Program-made: the position numbers and the translations under genes
Shown here: positions 39,204 through 43,187 of the stretch, in pieces
How the letters are laid out: the number at the start of each line of letters is the position of its first letter
Position numbering within the stretch: the stretch's first letter is position 1
Notes under the pieces: generated by a model
The model's database searches: none
The model's input: only the letters and a program-made list of their open reading frames with translations
Told to the model about the DNA's origin: nothing
NCBI GenBank assembly: GCA_036273235.1
Contig: DASUIB010000017.1
Coordinates: 1-43,187, forward strand
Reading direction: 5' to 3'
Source of the DNA: Sphingomicrobium sp.
GTDB lineage: Bacteria > Pseudomonadota > Alphaproteobacteria > Sphingomonadales > Sphingomonadaceae
DNA: 43,187 nt

Positions 39204-40793
39204 TTAGCGGCTGCGGCGGAGCTTCGAGGGGATGGCGGCCGCCTGGCCTTGCTCGGGGCCGACCCCCGCCTCGCTCATCCTCAGGAAGCTGCGGACGGCG
39301 TCGGCGGAGACGGCGCGGCCGTACAGCCAGCCTTGCGCTTCCGAGCAGCCGAACTGTTCGAGCGCGGCGCGGATCTGCTCCGATTCCACGCCCTCGGCGC
39401 TGATCGGGACGTCGAGCGTGTGGCCGAGACCGGCGATGGTGTTGACGATCTCGGCGGTGCGCTGGCTCTTGACGATCGTGGTGATGAAGCTCTTGTCGAT
39501 CTTGATCCGGTCGAGCGGAAGGCGGTTGACCTGCGCCAGTGACGCATAGCCGGTGCCGAAATCGTCGAGCGAAATCCGGACTCCGACGTTCTTCAGGCTT
39601 TCGATGATCGTCAGCACCTGCTGCCGGTCCTCGAGCAGCGAGCCTTCGGTGATCTCAATCTCGAGCCGGTTGGCGGGGAAGCCGGTCGCCGAGAGGAGCT
39701 TCAGGATCTGCTCGGCCAAGGTCGGGTCGCGGAACTGCACGGGCGAGACGTTGACCGCGAGCTTCAGGTGCGCGGGCCAGTCGCGCGCCTGGGTCATCGC
39801 CTGCTCCATGATGCTCAACGTCAGCGGGCCGACCAGCCCGGTGCGCTCGGCGGCCTCGATGAAGCTTTCGGCCTCGAGCATCGATCCGTCGGGCGAGCAC
39901 CAGCGGGCGAGCGCTTCGAAGCCGGCGATCTCCTGGCTCGCGAGGTCGATCAGCGGCTGGAAATAAGGCACGAACTCGCCCTTGCGGACGCCGCGGCGGA
40001 TATCCTCCTCGAGCTTCAATCGGTCGGAAAGCTCGAGCTCGAGCTCCTCGTCGAACCAGGCGAAGGCGTTGCGGCCGCCGCGCTTGGCGGCATAGAGCGC
40101 GACGTCGCTTCGGCGGAGCGCGGTTTCCTCGTCGTCGCGCGGCTCGACCCGGGCGAGGCCGATCGAGGCCGAGGCCTGGACCTGCGCGCCTTCGACCTGC
40201 ACCGGCTCGGCGAGATATTGCTGGATGTTGCGAGCGACTTGCTCCGCTTCATGATCGTGGACCGAGGCGAACAGCATGGCGAACTCGTCGCCGCCGGTGC
40301 GCGCGCAGCAGGCGCCCGCCGGGGCGCTCTTCCCCAGCGCCTCGGCGACGGCGCGGAGCACGCGATCGCCCGCGGCGTGGCCGTGGAGGTCGTTGACATG
40401 CTTGAAATGGTCGAGGTCGAGGAGGAGCAGGACTCCGCGCGTCCTGGCTTCGAGCATCTCCTCGAGCGCGCGCATCAGCTCGCGGCGGTTGGCGAGGCCG
40501 GTGCCGGGATCGGTATTGGCATTCTCGCGCGCCAGCCGGTCGGCCGCCTCATAAGCATCGAGCGCGTCCCTCAAATCCTTCGAACGCCGCCAGCCGAACA
40601 GGATGATCGCGATGTTGAGCAGGAAGGCGACCTGGAGCGTGCCCGAGGAGTCGACCGGCGGAAGCCCGAAGATCGCCGCGGGGACGATTCGGCTGCCGAT
40701 CGCGACGAACAGCAGGATCGCCGCGATGGTCGCGCAAGTGATGATGACGTGGCTGCTCGCGATGCGAACCGCCTTGCTTCGGACGCGCTTCAT
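39204..40793 (-). CDS. Membrane GGDEF-EAL protein, paralog 2 (both motifs intact)
   Basis: [47 protein letters not shown]. Confidence 0.92.
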   Translation of the reverse strand: MKRVRSKAVRIASSHVIITCATIAAILLFVAIGSRIVPAAIFGLPPVDSSGTLQVAFLLNIAIILFGWRRSKDLRDALDAYEAADRLARENANTDPGTGLANRRELMRALEEMLEARTRGVLLLLDLDHFKHVNDLHGHAAGDRVLRAVAEALGKSAPAGACCARTGGDEFAMLFASVHDHEAEQVARNIQQYLAEPVQVEGAQVQASASIGLARVEPRDDEETALRRSDVALYAAKRGGRNAFAWFDEELELELSDRLKLEEDIRRGVRKGEFVPYFQPLIDLASQEIAGFEALARWCSPDGSMLEAESFIEAAERTGLVGPLTLSIMEQAMTQARDWPAHLKLAVNVSPVQFRDPTLAEQILKLLSATGFPANRLEIEITEGSLLEDRQQVLTIIESLKNVGVRISLDDFGTGYASLAQVNRLPLDRIKIDKSFITTIVKSQRTAEIVNTIAGLGHTLDVPISAEGVESEQIRAALEQFGCSEAQGWLYGRAVSADAVRSFLRMSEAGVGPEQGQAAAIPSKLRRSR

Positions 40794-40873
40794 GTGTGGT
40801 CCACTTTCTGCCTGCGCGCATCATGGCAGGCAGAAGTGAAAATTATCCTACATTAGCTTTGGGCGAAGTTCTC

Positions 40874-41881
40874 CTAAGGTGCGGCGAGCGCGGTCATCGC
40901 TTTGTCGATGACGTAGCGCTGGAGGTTGGGCCAACGCTCAGGGTGCGCGAGATAGGCGGGCCAGCCGTCTTCCATCGCGACCAACAACCTCTTCTGAGGA
41001 CCTGCCGGGAAATCGTTCGAGATCCTCCGGTCGGGTTTGCTGAGCCCGCAGGCGATGGAAGTCTTGACCTGCATGCACAGGCACATGGTTTCTTCGAGGT
41101 CGACCTTGCGCGATTGCGCGAGCGCCAGCGCCGCTTGGACGCCAGGCTGCGTGGCGAGCGGGGTTCCAAGCGCTTCAGACCAGATCAGATGGCTGCCTTC
41201 GTGGCCGAGGAACCAGGGCAGGTTGGGCTTGTCGAACAGCGAGCTGAAGATCGCGGGCGGCGAGTAATTGCCGCTTCCGGACGGATGGAACGGCATTGCG
41301 AACACCAGCAGCCGCGACGCCCGCAATGGCAAGCGCTGCAGACCGATCAGCACCTGCATCGGGTGGAGGCGCGAATCCTGGTCGCGCCAGGCGGCGATCT
41401 GGCTTTCCACCGCGGCGCGAACATGCTGGTTCCAATAGGTCTTGAACGCGGGAAAGTAGGGCGCTCCGGCATCGATCACGCTCAGCACTTGCGCAAGCGC
41501 CGGGGGATGCTGGCTGTAGGAGAGGATTCGGGGCACCGGGCGCATCACGCGCTTCGCCGGGAGCTGGGCGAAGGTGCGCCGGACGAACGGGTGCAGCTGG
41601 CTGTAATTCCTAAGTCCCGCCGAAGCGACGACCTCGGGAACCGCGACCAGCGCATCGACCGTTGGAACCTTGTCGAAGGCGGGCGGCGCGAACGGCGGAA
41701 AGCTGTCGTGCGGCAAGCGGTAGAGCAGGACGTGCAGATAGTCGGCGAGCATGTTGCTTCCGAACAGCAGCGACGGACCGCCGGCGGGACCCATCGCGCC
41801 GAGCGCCGGAGGCGCCACAAGCAGCGCGGCGCCGCCGGCCATGACCGAACGCCTGGTCAACATCATCGGGCCGCACGCCAT
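40874..41881 (-). CDS. Tat-exported hypothetical protein with HEXXH motif
   Basis: GGAGGA RBS; LTRRSVM twin-arginine signal; GHEGSH followed by a downstream EE. Confidence 0.75.
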   Translation of the reverse strand: MACGPMMLTRRSVMAGGAALLVAPPALGAMGPAGGPSLLFGSNMLADYLHVLLYRLPHDSFPPFAPPAFDKVPTVDALVAVPEVVASAGLRNYSQLHPFVRRTFAQLPAKRVMRPVPRILSYSQHPPALAQVLSVIDAGAPYFPAFKTYWNQHVRAAVESQIAAWRDQDSRLHPMQVLIGLQRLPLRASRLLVFAMPFHPSGSGNYSPPAIFSSLFDKPNLPWFLGHEGSHLIWSEALGTPLATQPGVQAALALAQSRKVDLEETMCLCMQVKTSIACGLSKPDRRISNDFPAGPQKRLLVAMEDGWPAYLAHPERWPNLQRYVIDKAMTALAAP

Positions 41882-41994
41882 GCAATCCTCCGTAAAGCAA
41901 CCAACATCCCCGGGCGCGATCAGAACTGCGTCCTCCGACAGATGCAAGCCGATTGTTGACGGCCGTAATTTGGCGACGGTCGGAATGCCGGTGA

Positions 41995-42651
41995 TTAAGT
42001 TTCGGCAAGCCGCTCCTCCGCCAGCCGCACGGCTTCGGCGACCGCCGCATCGAGGTCGAGATCGCCGGTGTCGAGCAGGATCGAGTCTGGCGCGGGCTTC
42101 AGCGGGGCGACGTCGCGGGTGGAGTCGCGCTCGTCGCGGGCGTGGATGTCCGCGAGCACGTCTTCGTAATGGACGCGCATGCCGCGCTCCTCGAGCTCCT
42201 TGAGGCGGCGCCGGGCGCGCACTTCGGGCGATGCGGTGACGAACAGCTTCACGTCCGCATCCGGGGCGATCACAGTGCCGACATCGCGGCCGTCGAGGAC
42301 CGCGCCGCCGTCCTGGCGCGCGAAGTCCTGCTGGCGCTCGAGCAAGGCGGTGCGGACCGACGGGTAGATCGAGACGGCTGAGGCGAATTGCGACACCGGC
42401 TCGCTCCTCAGCTCGGGATCGTCGGGGTCGAAGCCGAGGTCTGCACAGGCGCGCAGCGCCTCGAACTCGTTCGCGGGATCGCCGCCCCAGCGCCACAGGT
42501 TGAGGGCGACGGCGCGGTAGAGCAGGCCGGTGTCCATATGCGGAAGCCCGAAATGCTTGGCGAGCGCCCGGGCGATGGTCCCCTTCCCGCTCGCGGCCGG
42601 GCCATCGACCGCGATCACGGGCGCCCTGTTTATCGGCGATTTCGATCCCAT
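41995..42651 (-). CDS. cmk: Cytidylate kinase
   Basis: IAVDGPAASGKGT, DTGLLYRAVA, VLDGRDVGTVIAPDA, RDERDSTR; start uncertain (42618, 42651 or 42663). Confidence 0.95.
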   Translation of the reverse strand: MGSKSPINRAPVIAVDGPAASGKGTIARALAKHFGLPHMDTGLLYRAVALNLWRWGGDPANEFEALRACADLGFDPDDPELRSEPVSQFASAVSIYPSVRTALLERQQDFARQDGGAVLDGRDVGTVIAPDADVKLFVTASPEVRARRRLKELEERGMRVHYEDVLADIHARDERDSTRDVAPLKPAPDSILLDTGDLDLDAAVAEAVRLAEERLAET

Positions 42652-42763
42652 ATTCTTAGCCAAGCCGCGCGCTTTGACAGGGGCATATGCCTATGGCAAG
42701 GCGCGCCGCCGAACGCCGGGCGCAAGCTCGCGACACATGCCTTTTACTGGAGTTGGAACCCTC

Positions 42764-43087
42764 ATGGTGAAGCCCGAATGGGGCGCCAAGCGCACTTGCC
42801 CCAAGTGCTCGACCCGCTTCTACGACCTCGGCAAGGACGACCCAGTCCATTGCATTAGCTGCGGCACCGACTTTACCGTCGAACCGGTGCTGAAATCGAA
42901 GCAGCCGATGGCCTTCGAAGCGGCTCCGGTTGCGGCCAAGGAGCCGGAAAAGGCCGATGAGGATCTCGCCGCGGACGATCTCGCGATTGACGAGGACGAA
43001 GAAGTCAGCGCCGACGAGGAGGTCGACCTCGAGACCGGCGACGACGACCTCGGGGTCGAGGCGGCCGGCGACGACGACGAAGCCTAG
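42764..43087 (+). CDS. TIGR02300 / FYDLN-acid family protein
   Basis: MVKPEWGAKRTCPKCSTRFYDLGK..CISCG followed by an acidic tail. Confidence 0.92.
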   Translation: MVKPEWGAKRTCPKCSTRFYDLGKDDPVHCISCGTDFTVEPVLKSKQPMAFEAAPVAAKEPEKADEDLAADDLAIDEDEEVSADEEVDLETGDDDLGVEAAGDDDEA

Positions 43088-43185
43088 CGCTCGCCCCTCT
43101 CCCCTCGCACTGCGGTTTTAGTCGCGGCGGCTCCGGGCCGGGCGACCGCATACATTTCCCTGGCGATCACTTTGGTGAGCGCGTC
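43084..43185 (-). CDS. 3' end of an unidentified gene entering from the right edge
   Basis: DALTKVIAREMYAVARPGAAATKTAVRGERGER*, ending in a CTAG overlap with the TIGR02300 stop. Confidence 0.35.
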   Translation of the reverse strand, partial: DALTKVIAREMYAVARPGAAATKTAVRGERGER

Positions 43186-43187
43186 GG

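Overview
GC-rich alphaproteobacterial chromosome segment, most likely Sphingomonadaceae (inferred from gene content and order; not confirmed by search). The core backbone is uvrD, rsmD-rluB, ampG-like, lapA-pyrF-accD-folC, cysE, oxyR-katG, pgsA, tRNA-Leu(TAA), ihfB, rpsA, cmk and TIGR02300. The strongest candidate for an undescribed system is a ~530-nt, heavily structured non-coding stretch on the minus strand (~925-1452), divergent from uvrD. It has nine UUCG/GNRA-capped hairpins with strand-specific G-U pairs, its own promoter and terminator, and a perfect DnaA box just upstream. Other highlights: a small GIY-YIG nuclease bracketed by perfect 28-bp REP-like inverted repeats that are also translated into its tail; a 30-aa membrane microprotein behind a LexA-like box and a four-half-site operator array; a microprotein operon with an atypical cold-shock protein and an orphan DUF2384-like protein; absence of trpF-trpB-trpA and of aroA from their usual loci; a non-canonical ATC start; and an ~11-kb accessory block splitting cmk from rpsA. 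No database searches or folding programs were run. All calls come from reading the sequence and recognising motifs.
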